A stretch of DNA of 64,000 bases, from the NCBI GenBank assembly GCA_951406725.2, contig OX597830.1, positions 15,128,001 to 15,192,000 on the forward strand, given 5' to 3'. Below, in pieces: positions 27,789-42,734 of this stretch. The stretch comes from Octopus vulgaris (taxonomy: Eukaryota). The number at the start of each line of letters is the position of its first letter. The first letter of the stretch is position 1. The notes beneath the pieces were generated by a model that saw only the letters and a list, made by a program, of their open reading frames with translations, ran no database searches and was not told the DNA's origin. Position numbers and translations under genes: made by a program.

Positions 27789-27848
27789 TATTACTTATGA
27801 ATATGGCCAATATGTAAGTTATAGCTATCTTGAAACAGCTGTCGAATT
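27789..27848 (+). ncRNA. Degenerate hammerhead motif (separate family)
   Basis: CTTATGA (G5>T)-ATATGGC...GCTATCTT-GAAAC-AGCT-GTC-GAATT. Stem III is the palindrome ACAGCTGT. Confidence 0.45.
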
Positions 27849-28479
27849 GAGACTTTGTTTCCTCACTTTATAATCTGTATTTTACGTTCCGCGTAAATAT
27901 ACGCCTGAAGCCTAATTGTGTTTAGATATCTTAGTATCTCCATAACACCGCGATAAGGATTGCTTTTGATGCTGTGGCGTTTGCTCTGAATGAAGACGCT
28001 GGAACTTAAGTTCATATCCATTTGAGCACTCGTATATGGTACCCATACTGAACTTTTTTTTTTTCACCCCACTCACGCAGTTTGTCTTTTGGTGCCGCCA
28101 TTTATATCTTTCATTATTCGAAACTACACTGAATTTTTAATTTCATAGATTTATATCTCATACTTTGGTTGTGATTATTTGGTGTGTTTAAAATTTGTTT
28201 GCTTAGCTGTTGCTTTTCATGAAGATTACAAATTTCCAATTTATTGTCAATAAACCTTTCAGCTTCTTTCTGAAATCGGAAGCCCATAGTGGAAGATGTT
28301 CCATTTATAGAGGTCTAATCAGAAACTTTCCCATGGATTTTCTCGTTTGACTGAAGCATATTGAATCACAAAAAAATTACAGTGAAACGGGGTAATTAAG
28401 CTTTCCTATGTTAATTCACTTTGGTACGCTAGAGCTTTCCTTTTCTAATTTGGGGCTGGAATGAAAAACAAGGCTTCCC

Positions 28480-28680
28480 TCTTCCGAGCGTACGGCCAGT
28501 GTAGGATTCTGCTCGTCTCATAGCTGGAACACTGCGGATCTTTCAAAACTGATTTGCGCACCAAGACATTGTCAATAAAGTGACAATTTTTAGAACTTGG
28601 ATGCATCCAGGTTGTTTTTGTATTTACTTTTTGCTGGCAGAAAATGCTTGCTAACACAAGTCTATATTCAATGCAAAAAG
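28480..28680 (-). pseudogene. RTE-clade LINE endonuclease fragment
   Basis: KTTWMHPSSKNCHFIDNVLVR resembles KTTWMHPRSKHWHLIDYVIVR. Confidence 0.75.
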
Positions 28681-28709
28681 TAAGGTGTGGGACACTAACC
28701 ATATGTACG

Positions 28710-31123
<2,414 letters not shown>

Positions 31124-31127
31124 ACTT

Positions 31128-31204
<77 letters not shown>

Positions 31205-31414
31205 AATAATAAATCTCTGAACGAGATATAAACAGTAACCGCTCGACAACGTAAGGGGTATTAGCCATCTGAATGTGGCTAGCCACTGGGGGGGGGGTTA
31301 CTGATGCTTTTAGCCCCAGGCGATCAACGTCACCAGAAGGACTTTAGACACTATCTCAGTGCCCTTGTGTTATTTGCAAAGGGAGGTCATCCTCTCTCGA
31401 AGACCCGAGTACTA

Positions 31415-31459
31415 CATACGGACTATAGTTTCAAGGTAATTGCCTCTCGTCAACGCATG
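31415..31459 (-). ncRNA. Minimal type I hammerhead, unit 1 (U3·G8 core)
   Basis: CAUGCG-UUGACGA-GAGG-caauua-CCUU-GAAAC-UAUA-GUC-CGUAUG. Confidence 0.8.
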
Positions 31460-31762
31460 GTAAGCACCGGTCTTCGATGAAGGAGTCCCCTTGCAAATAA
31501 TATATAATGTTTTTCACAGTAACCACTGTCACTGATGTAGAAAAACTGTCTGAAAACAATAATAAATCTCTGAACGAGATATAAACAGTAACCGCTCGAC
31601 AACGTAAGGGGTATTAGCCATCTGAATGTGGCTAGCCACTGGGGGGGGTTACTGATGCTTTTAGCCCAGGCGATCAACGTCACCAGAAGGACTTTAGACA
31701 CTATCTCAGTGCCCTTGTGTTATTTGCAAAGGGAGGTCATCCTCTCGAAGACCCGAGTACTA

Positions 31763-31807
31763 CATACGGACTATAGTTTCAAGGTAATTGCCTCTCGTCA
31801 ACGCATG
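31763..31807 (-). ncRNA. Minimal type I hammerhead, unit 2
   Basis: Identical to unit 1. Confidence 0.8.
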
Positions 31808-32138
31808 GTAAGCACCGGTCTTCGATGAAGGAGTCCCCTTGCAAATAATATATAATGTTTTTCACAGTAACCACTGTCACTGATGTAGAAAAACTGTCTG
31901 AAAACAATAATAAATCTCTGAACGAGATATAAACAGTAACCGCTCGACAACGTAAGGGGTATTAGCCATCTGAATGTGGCTAGCCATCTGAATGTGGCTA
32001 GCCACTGGGGGGGGGGGGGTGTTACTGATGCTTTTAGCCCCAGGCGATCAACGTCACCAGAAGGACTTTAGACACTATCTCAGTGCCCTTGTGTTATTTG
32101 CAAAAGGAGGTCACCCTCCCTCGAAGACCCGAGTACTA

Positions 32139-32181
32139 CATACGGACTATAGTTTCAAGGTAATTGCCTCTCGTCAACGCA
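32139..32181 (-). ncRNA. Minimal type I hammerhead, unit 3 (stem I clipped by the inversion junction)
   Basis: Identical core. Only UGCG of the 5' stem I strand remains. Confidence 0.7.
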
Positions 32182-32449
32182 CCCCCCCCCCAGTGGCTAG
32201 CCACATTCAGATGGCTAATACCCCTTACGTTGTAATACCCCTATAGTCCGTATGTAGCACTCGGGACTTCGAGGGAGGATGACCTCCCTTTGCAAATAAC
32301 ACAAGGGCACTGAGATAGTGTCTAAAGTCCTTCTGGTGACGTTGATCGCCTGGGGCTAAAAGCATCAGTAACACCCCCCCCCCCAGTGGCTAGTCACATT
32401 CAGATGTCTAATACCCCTTACGTTATATATATATATATATGTATATATA

Positions 32450-32800
32450 TAACGGGAAGGTTTACGAAAATAAACAAAAGACGAAGGCAGGTGGAGTACA
32501 AACAAACAAATATATTAGTATGACGCTCAGGAATAGAAATAGAACAAGTCTTTTACGTTTCGAGCCTACGCTCTTCGACAGAAAGATACACAGAAAAGAA
32601 ACAAGGAGAGAAACAAGGAGAGAAAGAAATGTGTGTAGGAGCTAACGGTCTATCATGGCGTTCTGACTTCAGGCAGAAGTCAGAGGTCAGAGGTCAGAGG
32701 TCAGAGGTCAGAGGTTAGAGGTCAGAGGTCAGACGTTAGACGCTAGAGGGATAGTAGGGGAGATAACAGGGTCAAGTGACTTCCAAAACGAAGCTGGCCC
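32450..32800 (-). mobile_element. Penelope-type pLTR fragment between (TA)n tracts, containing (GTCAGAG)n
   Basis: HHR-like motif followed by a T-rich tail running into (TA)n. Heptamer repeat at ~32679-32745. Confidence 0.55.
32549..32586 (-). ncRNA. Ultra-minimal hammerhead-like motif (A6>U variant)
   Basis: UCUUU-CUGUCGA-A-GAGC-guag-GCUC-GAAAC-GUA-AAAGA. Stems I and II are perfect and stem III is the ACGU palindrome. Confidence 0.6.
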
Positions 32801-32829
32801 CAACACGAAGGTGCGTGTGTGTATAATAT

Positions 32830-32925
<96 letters not shown>

Positions 32926-33354
32926 CTGATGGCGATACTCTTATTAAGGGGGCGGGGCCTCTCAGCCACCGTTCACTTGATTAGACAGACGAAAGTCGGA
33001 ACAACAGTCCGTTTCCTGGAACGATAGAGAGAACAGCGCCTACATTTCATTGTAAGATGAACATCAAATGTACGGAAGCATTCTAAGCCAACATACACTT
33101 TTTCTCTATTGATGATGAGCATATTAAATGTGTGTGTGTGAGTGTGCGCGCGCACCCGGAGAAGGTGGGGAGAGATGGGGGAGAGTATAATCATCTTGCG
33201 TACTTTGTTTTTGCAGTAATTAACTCACTTGCCTCCATTAGGCGGTCAATTTAGACAGAGAACGAATCGAGACTAATACAGCGGTCATTTTCTAATTAGG
33301 TTTTTAATAGGGCTTTCATTAAATATATTAATATCAAGTCACCAGTTGTTAAAT

Positions 33355-33716
33355 TGGTTTCAAATTTTTGTACAAAGCCAGCAATTTTGGGGGAGGGGCT
33401 GTTGTGTCCATTACATCACCCCACTGCTCAACTGGTATTTATTTTATCGACCCCGAAAGGATGAAAGGCAACTTCGACCTCGGGGCTGAATTCGAACTCA
33501 GAGCGTAAAAACGAACGTAATACCGGTTTCTTTACTACCCACAAGGGGCTAAACACAGAGAGGACAAACAAGGACAGACAGACGGATTAAGTCGATTATA
33601 TCTACCCCAGTGCGTAACTGGTATTTAATTTATCGACCTCGGCGGAATTTGAACTCAGAACGTAACGACAGACGAAATACGGCTACGCATTTCGCCCGGT
33701 TCTGCCAGCTCACCGC
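33355..33716 (-). mobile_element. SINE family B, composite of two bodies
   Basis: Homologous to the other family-B copies. Confidence 0.8.
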
Positions 33717-33777
33717 TTGTCACCAGAGATGATATTGTCTTCAAATTTTGGCACAAGTCCAGCCACATCGAGTGGAG

Positions 33778-33930
33778 GCTCTACCATGAGTCTGTAAATG
33801 CGTGATAGTCCTCTAGTGTTACTTCTTGTAAAACTGCTTTAAGATTTTATGAGTGAGTGATTGGCGGGTGAATGTGTCGTAGTGTGTAGTCTATCTTATT
33901 TTTTTATTTATTTTTTATTCCTGTTTTTTC
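33778..33930 (+). mobile_element. 3' UTR fragment of the Tx1/L1 LINE
   Basis: Matches 30399-30545 and the reverse complement of 59390-59530. Confidence 0.75.
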
Positions 33931-34980
33931 TCCCTCGATTACATTGACCCCAATACTGAAGTGGTGCTTATTTTATCGATCCGGAAGGGATGAAAGGTAA
34001 AGTCGACCTTGTTAGGGATTTGAACTCAGAACGCAGAGACGGACGAAGTGCCGCTAAGCATTTTGCTCAGCCTACTAACGATTCTGCCAGCTCACAACCT
34101 TACCACCTCTAGTTATATTGACGTCTACACGGACATAATGTCATAGGGATATCATCAGTCTCTGCTGGAATGGCGATGGAAACCTTTTCATCAAATTTAA
34201 ATTCAAATTTTTGTAACTAGTCTTTCCACGTAACTTTTTTTGCTCCCCTGAATTGAGTTTTTTTGTAATTCTTTCCGAACAATCGTCCTACTATTGATTT
34301 TCTCAATTATTGATATTTTTTCCCCGATTTTGCCACGTCTGCGATACTTTCTGTTGTTTCTATCTGTTCTTTTACTTGTTTCAGTCATCGGACTACGGCC
34401 ATGCTGGGACACCGCCTCGAGAAGGGTTTTGTCGAACAAATCGATGGCAGTTGTAATTCATGTATGGTACTCGTCCTATCGGTCGGTCCCTTTCGGCGGA
34501 GCGCTAATTTACGGGAAGGTAACGAAACCGACACCGGTTGTGAAGCGGTACTGGGGGCACAAACACAAACAAACAAACACACGTGTGGGGGGGTTGAGGT
34601 GGGAGGTGGGGGTGTTCGCCTAAAATCCTTCAGAGCATCGGCAGCAATCCGATGACTCAAACAATTAGAAGAAAAGGCCGAGATACCGAGTGTCGCATAC
34701 GTTGCCAAATCGGGAAAATATCAATTATTTAGTAAATGTGGATATCTATATAACAATAGGTGAGTTAGTGTTGATGTGTATGTAATGAAAGCATCATTAA
34801 AAACCTAATTAGGAAATGACTGTTGTATGAGGCTCGATTAGTTCTCTGTCTAAATTGACAAACTAAGTTAATTATTGTAAAAACAAAGTATATAAGATAA
34901 TTATATTCTCTCTCTTTCTTTTGCCCCTCTATATATCAATATCAATATCAATATATATATATATATATATATAGATATTC

Positions 34981-35449
34981 TTTTATTCTTTTATTCTTTT
35001 CAGTCATTCGAGTGCGGCCATGCTGGAGCACCGCCATTAGTCGAGCAAATCGATCCCAGGACCTATCCTTTGTAAGCCTAGTACTTATTCTATCGGTTTC
35101 TCTTGCCGAACCGCTAAGTAAACACACCAGCGTCGGTTGTCAAACGATGTTGGGGGGACAAACACAGACACACAAACATATACATACATATATATATACA
35201 CGACTGTCTTCGTTCAGTTTCCGTCCACCAAATCCACTCACAAGGGTTTGGTCGGCCCGAGGGTGTGGTAGAAGACGCTTGTCAAAAAGTGCAGCGCAGT
35301 GGGACTGAACCCGGAAGTATGTGGTTGAGAACCAAGCTCCTAACCACACAGCCAGGGTTCCGCATGTGTGTGTATATATATATATATATATAAACATACT
35401 AACACCGGTTGTCAAGCGGTAGTTGGGGGTAGGACAAACACTGACACAA

Positions 35450-35535
<86 letters not shown>

Positions 35536-35687
35536 GCACGCACACAAACACATACATACGATGGACATTTTTCAGATTCCGTCTACCAAATCCCGAGGCT
35601 ATAGTAGAAGACACTAGCCCAAGATGCCACGCAGTGGGACTGAACCCTGGACCACGTGGTTGGGAAGCAAGCATCTTACCACACAGC
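34981..35687 (-). mobile_element. Two adjacent SINE family A copies
   Basis: 34981-35364 and 35395-35687 match family A. Confidence 0.8.
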
Positions 35688-36379
35688 AACCATCTTAATT
35701 GTTTAAAATCTTCAGTTCATTGATTTAAGATTTTTAGGGCCGCTTCTCACTACTTTATATTTTATTTCCTTTTTATTTCGACCGGGCCTTTTTCTCTTTT
35801 TTTTTTTTCGGCGGGATCGGAAACTCCCATTACAATCGGCTGGTTTACGCCTGTTCTATTGCTAGTTGCTTTCCATCTTGTTGGAAGTTTGTGCTTCAAT
35901 GCAAGGACGCTTAAAAACCAAATTGAAAATAATTAAGTAATGAGGAGAAAACGAATAAGTGTTAATCATTAATTAATATACTAATACACACAATGACAAC
36001 ACAATAATATGCACTAATAATACACTAATGATACACAAAAATGCACTAATATACGCTAATATACGCTAATAGTACATCGGTATACACTGGGTCACGTAGA
36101 AAATGAGAATAGTTTAGAAAAAAAAACATCGTAGAGACGCCATCTGTATTAAAAGACGATGCCTTGTGTTCACATATATATCTGCTCCACTTGAAGAAAA
36201 AATAAAAGAAGAATTACTTTTTGGTTATTGAGGCGGGGTATTGGGATGGGGTATTGAGATGGGGGTCAGGGATATTAGTTTGAAACACATGAGTAGAATT
36301 ATGGGAGGGAGTACTTATATTTTATCGTCAGGGTAACACTTGATTTGCATGGGGTTTCTTAGGATGAACCCCCCACACA

Positions 36380-36542
36380 CATGCATATACATACGTGCAC
36401 CAAGATAGATATATATACATACATACACACGTACATACATAAATATATACACACACACATACATATACATACATACATACATACACACACACATACATAC
36501 ATACATATACACACATAGATACATACATACATACATACACAC

Positions 36543-36573
<31 letters not shown>

Positions 36574-36845
36574 TACATACAAACACACACACATACATAC
36601 ATACACACACATACATACATACATACATACACACACATACATACACACACATACAGACATACATACATACACACACATACAGACATACATACATACACAC
36701 ACATACATACATACATACATACATACACACACAAATATACACACACACATACATACATACATACATACGTACATACACACATATACATACATATATACAT
36801 ACATACATACATACATACACACACACACATAGATACATACATACT
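36380..36845. repeat. (TACA)/(CA) microsatellite
   Basis: Directly visible. Confidence 0.95.
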
Positions 36846-37004
36846 TTTGAATGTATCCATATGTAGTTATTTCATGCTATTTCGTCTATTCTTTGTTTAT
36901 TTCTTATTTGTTGTTTTTCAATTATATTTCACATAAAACTGTCCAACGTCTTATAATTTGTCCATTTAATGTCACCATCTGTTGCCCTTGTGGCATTAAA
37001 AGAA

Positions 37005-37058
37005 ATCATCATCATCATCATCATCATTACCACCATCAACATCATCATCCCCATCATC

Positions 37059-37154
<96 letters not shown>

Positions 37155-37413
37155 TATTATTATTATTATCGCAATCATTATCCTTATAGTCATCATCATC
37201 ATCATCATCATCATCCTCTTTATGAATACTTTGATCAAAACTTCATACATTATTTCCTTACAACAATTTTTTTTTATTTTATTTTCTGTTTTCTTCTTGT
37301 TTCTTTTTTTCTTTCTTTCCTTTTCGCTTCTTTTTCAAATTATGGCAAATAATTAAAATTTTGCTTTACTGAATTTGCTCAAGAAATACAATACTGATCA
37401 GGAGGAAAAAAAT

Positions 37414-37474
<61 letters not shown>

Positions 37475-37582
37475 ATGTTAATGGTGGTAATAGTAGCGGT
37501 GGTGTTGTTATTGTTGTCGCTCTCACATCAACAGCTGCAACAGAAACAAAGGTGATGATGATGATGATGATGATGATGATCA

Positions 37583-37645
<63 letters not shown>

Positions 37646-38143
37646 CAACAACAACAATAATAATAATAATAAAGCAATTTAATTTTTTCTTGAAGCTTCG
37701 ACACATGTTGCTGGAAGAAAGATCTCAAAGAAAAATGTTTTTTAAAAAAAATGTTACAACTAACAGCAACAATCATAAACAACAATAACAACGACAACAA
37801 CAACAACAACAACAACAACAGCAACAATAATAAAAGCAACAAGACAACTAAGCAACAACAACAACAACAACAACAAAGTGGTAGGAAGAGTAACATCAAA
37901 AACAGCAGTAGTGGAAGCAGCAACTACAAGAGAAAAAAAGAAAGAAAAAGTGAAAGAAAGAAAGAAAGAAAGAAAGAAAAAAAAAAGAAAGAAAGAAGAA
38001 AGAAAGAATGAAAGGAAGAAAGAAAGAAAGAAATCAGCAACACCACCACTAATAACAACAACAACAACAGCAACAGAAGTATCACCAATGACAATAGCAA
38101 ACAAGATAAATAACAACAACAACAAAAGCTACAACAATAGTGT

Positions 38144-38176
<33 letters not shown>

Positions 38177-38484
38177 AAGTCTAGAGAGTAAAGAGCATGG
38201 AAAAAAAAAAGAAAAAAGAAAGAAAACAACCAAAATACAACGGAGTTAGAAGAGATATAAAAAACAAAAAAAACCAAGCTGAGTACAAAAAGCGTTAGTG
38301 TCAGAGAATATTGATTAATAAATATGATAATTAATTTACATTTTCTTTGAATAAGAATTTTACGAGTCTGGAAACGGTTTTTCATTTTTACTATATATAT
38401 TGTATTTTGTTGATTCCTTTCATTTTTGTATTTTTGCTTATTCATATTTTCCTTTCATTATTAACAGCTTATTATTATCATTAC

Positions 38485-38547
<63 letters not shown>

Positions 38548-38565
38548 TATTATTATTATTATCAT
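37005..38565. repeat. Mosaic of trinucleotide repeats (CAT, TAT, GTA, GAT, AAT, AAC, CAG) and (GAAA)n
   Basis: Directly visible. Confidence 0.95.
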
Positions 38566-40084
38566 TGTAGCACCTTCGATCGTTGAAGAGAATTACAGCT
38601 CTCGTTTCGTTTAAGAAGACTGACCTTTAAGTATCTTCGCCTCTCCTTCTCTCGCTTCCATTCTTTCTTAATTTCTTTCTTCCTCTGCTTTCTTATCTAT
38701 CTTGCTGATTTAACTATTAATTGTAATTTTCTTCCTATCTCTCCATTTATCTAACTACTTCTCATTATTTTCACTATAGGCTACAAGTTACTACATATAT
38801 ATAAAAAACATTATTGAAATTCTCAATGAAATTCTATTAAATACTGATTATATAGAACGCCTAAATATTACGTTAAAATAATGCAATTGTAAGTCATACT
38901 GCTTGAGAAACTAGAGGTAATTTGCAAACACGTTTTTGTAGCTCGAGAACAATCTGCGTTTGTAAGAACTGCATCAAAGAAGAGTAAACACACGCGCGCA
39001 TGTATGCATGTATGCATATATGTACGCATGTGTATATTAAATTATATAGTCATTTCTTGATAATACGTTGCGCCTCAGTACTTCATAATCAGCAGTGCAG
39101 GGCAATCATCAGAAGACTAATGACTCAATCAAAATGGGTTTGAAAATACGGTAAAAGATTTCACTTATTGCATACACTGCTGGCCATAAGTTATTTTTCA
39201 CGAGGTATTTAAAAACAAAAGATGCAAAGGTTTATAAAGTATGGCTAAGCTGAGGGTATTTAACATAAACTATTATGTGCTAGGTGAAATACTGGTAGAG
39301 GTAGACTGTATAAAAAGCAGAGACTGCAGAAATCAGGAATGTCCCATAGTTGGTTAAAATCGAGGAGAGTTGTAATGAAAGTGTGATTTCTCCCAGTGAA
39401 ACAATGCGTGTTGACACATTCACTCAAGTCGTAGTATAGTCAATCAGAAGATACTTATCGAAACGACGGTATTTAGTGAGGATTTCGGATCTGACATTAA
39501 AATAGTCTGCGAGACTCTTTCCATCGATGCATAGCTGCAATATTTGTACTAGTTTATATGATTTTCCATGTCAAGAGGATTTTCTTGATATTGAATACTC
39601 TTCGAAATACACGACATATTTGGAGAATTTTTTGTCGTTTTTTTTTGTTTGTTTTGCATTTCTCGTTTATATATTTCTGGAGGGAAACGCCTTGTTGAGT
39701 TACGGTTGTTTAAATTTACTTTCCACATCATTTACATAATGTTTGTGCACGATGCTTACTTTTGGCTTCGTGCTAGTAACGTTTAATTCCTATCACATGA
39801 ACGCTGTTTGTCTGATTAAGAAGGGCATGTATTTGTATGTCTTTATACGTAGCGCACTCTCTTTACATTAGTTGGTTTCCTTGTAGTTATGTTTTTCATT
39901 TTGGTTTTACAGTTTAAGGTTATTTGTATTGAATTATTTTCTGCATCGGATGTAAACTTATGTATTGTAATCATTCTTCCTGGTGTGTCTACCCATTCGA
40001 TTCAGTTCATTTTCATTTACAGAAGAAAAGTTGCACAGCATTTTAATCACGGTATTACTCAGGTATTTATCTCTTTTTATATAT

Positions 40085-40392
40085 GAAGGCGCATGACTTA
40101 GTGGTTAGGGTATTCAGCTCATGGTGGTATGGTTGTGTGTTCGATTCCCGGTGGCGTGTTCTGTCCTTGAGCAAGACACTCTATTTCTTACTGTTCCTGT
40201 TCACACAGCTGTTCACACAAAATGAGTAGTACCTGTATTTCAAAGGGCCAGCCTTGTCATATTCTGATTTTCACTGAATCTCCCTGAGAACTACGTTAAG
40301 GGTATGAATGTCTGTGGAGTTCTCAGCCACTTACACATTAATCTCACAACCAGGCTGTTCCAATGATCGGATGAATTGGAACATTGTCGGAG
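40085..40392 (+). mobile_element. SINE family C (long-tail variant)
   Basis: Head GAAGGCGCATGACTTAGTGG and B box GTTCGATTCCC. Tail as in 11087. Confidence 0.8.
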
Positions 40393-40519
40393 TACCAGTA
40401 GCAAAAAGAAATCCCCTTTTAATGCCATTTCCTTCTATTTAGTTTTCTTTTCATTTCTGCCCTTCCCCAATTCTTACATTTTTCTCTTACATTTTAATCT
40501 ACCTCCTCTACAACATACC

Positions 40520-40970
40520 TGTAGCGCCCTCTCAGTTAATTAAATAAAAAAATAAAAAAGGGATGTAGCTTTGGTGACCTTTCCGTAGAATGTTCTGGAA
40601 CATTCCATGAATTTCCGGATGACGTGGAAGTGAGGGACTTCCCCTCTACGTATTATAAATTAAAAAAACGAAAGTTAATCTTCCCCTTCTATGCATTTGA
40701 GCTTTGGATGAGAAGCATTGAGCGTATGTAGATCGTTCTTACAACCGTCCTCTGGTTATAAGATGTATCATTTATATTTCAAGGTATTCTTATACACTAT
40801 GTCGCATAAACAACATTGAGAAACTATTATCTCTTGCAGCACACCACCATGAATAAAACCATTATTTTATTCCTGTTTAAGGATTTTCTTCGTGTTGTTT
40901 TGTTCTGCTGAACGTTGAGGAGTTTTCACCTAGAAGATGAATATGTTATAGCGATCCTGTCAAAGCTAAA
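40520..40970 (+). mobile_element. Possible LTR
   Basis: Starts TGTAGC and ends GCTAAA (expected GCTACA), with a TATA-like TATAAA then AATAAA in LTR order. No TSD found. Confidence 0.35.
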
Positions 40971-41469
40971 TTAGTGGTTGGCATGCCAGAGGTGTCTACT
41001 GGAGAAGACAACCCAATGTCTAATTCACTAAATACTCAAATATTAATATCCCCAATACTCTGGCCCATGTAGAGGGAGATGTCCAGTTGACTCAGTTGAC
41101 AAGGATTAGTTAGAAAAAAAAACCCTTTCATATTTTTTATTTGTTATTACAAATTGAGGAATAGGGCCTGGAAAGGGTTGGTGTCATTTATCTCCGTTGT
41201 ACTACTAACTATCATATGATTTCTCTGGTTACCGCCTCACATGTGGCCCTGGACCTATTAACAACTCTGCACTGGCTTTCTCATTTTCCTTCAGCCGGTG
41301 TTAGCTTGTTTACATCTCCGTAACTTATCGGAATAGGAACCAGGCCGGAGTCGATTTGTTCGACTAAACATTTTAAGGTAGTGCTCCAGCGTGGTCCCTG
41401 TCTAATGACTGAAACAAAAGACAAAAGACACATCACAGAGTGAGGGACAAGCTTTAATAAATGTATTGG

Positions 41470-41685
41470 TAATCGTTAGCACGCCGGGCGAAATGCGTTG
41501 CCGTATTTCGTCTGTCGTTACGTTGTGAGTTCAAATTCCGCCGAGGTCGACTTTGCCTTTCATCCTTTCGGGGTCGATAAATTAAGTACCAGTTACGCAC
41601 TGGGGTCGATGTAATCGACTTAATCCCTTTTGTCTTTCCTTGTTTGTCCCCTCTATGTTTAGCCCCCTGTGGGTAGTAAAGAAAT
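41470..41685 (+). mobile_element. SINE family B monomer
   Basis: Homologous to family B, with tail GTAAAGAAATA. Confidence 0.88.
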
Positions 41686-42211
41686 ATATATATAAATACA
41701 AGCTAATTTCGTTGTTGGCGGGCGCCTATTCTTTTTTAAATCAGAGTGGGCCACGGGACAAAACGTTTGAGAAACTCTGATCTATATATTCGGGGTAAAC
41801 GTAAAAATATGCCAAATCTAGGATATGAATGGGGAATATATTTTCCTTTCCATTGATGTTATGCTTATTAAAATATATGTGTGACTCCTTGCCTTTTTAT
41901 CAAGTTAATGAAGCATAAATGAAGTGAATAACCAAACATTAATATCCCTATACATTTATAAACAGATTGTGGCAGCTTAATAATAATTTTTTCGAACCAA
42001 CGAGGGACTCTATAACATATTCGCTCATTTTGCTAGCTATTGTAACCATAACTCCCTCAAATCCCATTCTCGTATCCTTAAAACGAGCTCATATGATAAT
42101 TCACGATTTCTGCAAAGAAAACGACGTGGTGGCTACGGATTGAATGCCTTTTCAACATAGGTATTTTCGAAAAGTACCGACTTGGAGCTAAGCAACAACA
42201 TAGCAACATCG

Positions 42212-42258
<47 letters not shown>

Positions 42259-42734
42259 TTCATCACCATCATCATCATCAACAACAACCTGATTATGGCA
42301 ATCAGGTCTTAAAACTAGAAAGGTCTTTTGAGTTGAATGCCTTTCACTTTGGCAGAGTTTCGTATAAGATTGCCTGAAAGCTTGAATTTGCTGTCATTTC
42401 CCTTAAATATTTATTCTGTTTCGAACAGTTTAGTTCAGGCGAATATAATTTCTCATCTGAGACATTTAGTGAAGCGATGTTAATGAGAACGTCCAATTAA
42501 CCACAGGTGAATCGTTGACAAATGACAGATATATGCCAAATCGAAGTGAAGTACTCTGTAGTTATTACCTTCTTAACGCTCATACTACACAAAGTAAATG
42601 GATCTCTGCCGATTTCGACGATGCATATTCCGTAGTTACATCGATCAAACTATCTTCCCATTGAATTAATGTAACTGGTGCCGCATTTGACAGATGCCCG
42701 TAAGGTAATTCTCAAATAAACTCAACATGAAACA

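Larger units (their letters stand above)
31201..32424 (-). mobile_element. Hammerhead-bearing tandem repeat (retrozyme-like): ~2.8 units of ~350 bp plus inverted segments, inside (TA)n
   Basis: Units start at 31201, 31554 and 31902 and are near-identical. Inverted pieces at 32181-32233 and 32241-32424. (TA)n on both sides. Confidence 0.85.

Noticed and set aside
31511-31557. Opposite-strand hammerhead in the array (CTGATGTAGAAAAACTGTC)
   Set aside because: A9 is missing and there is no stem II, so there is too little support for a two-polarity ribozyme claim.
39440-39475. CAGAAGATACTTATCGAAAC hammerhead-like string
   Set aside because: U4 is absent and the stems are too short.
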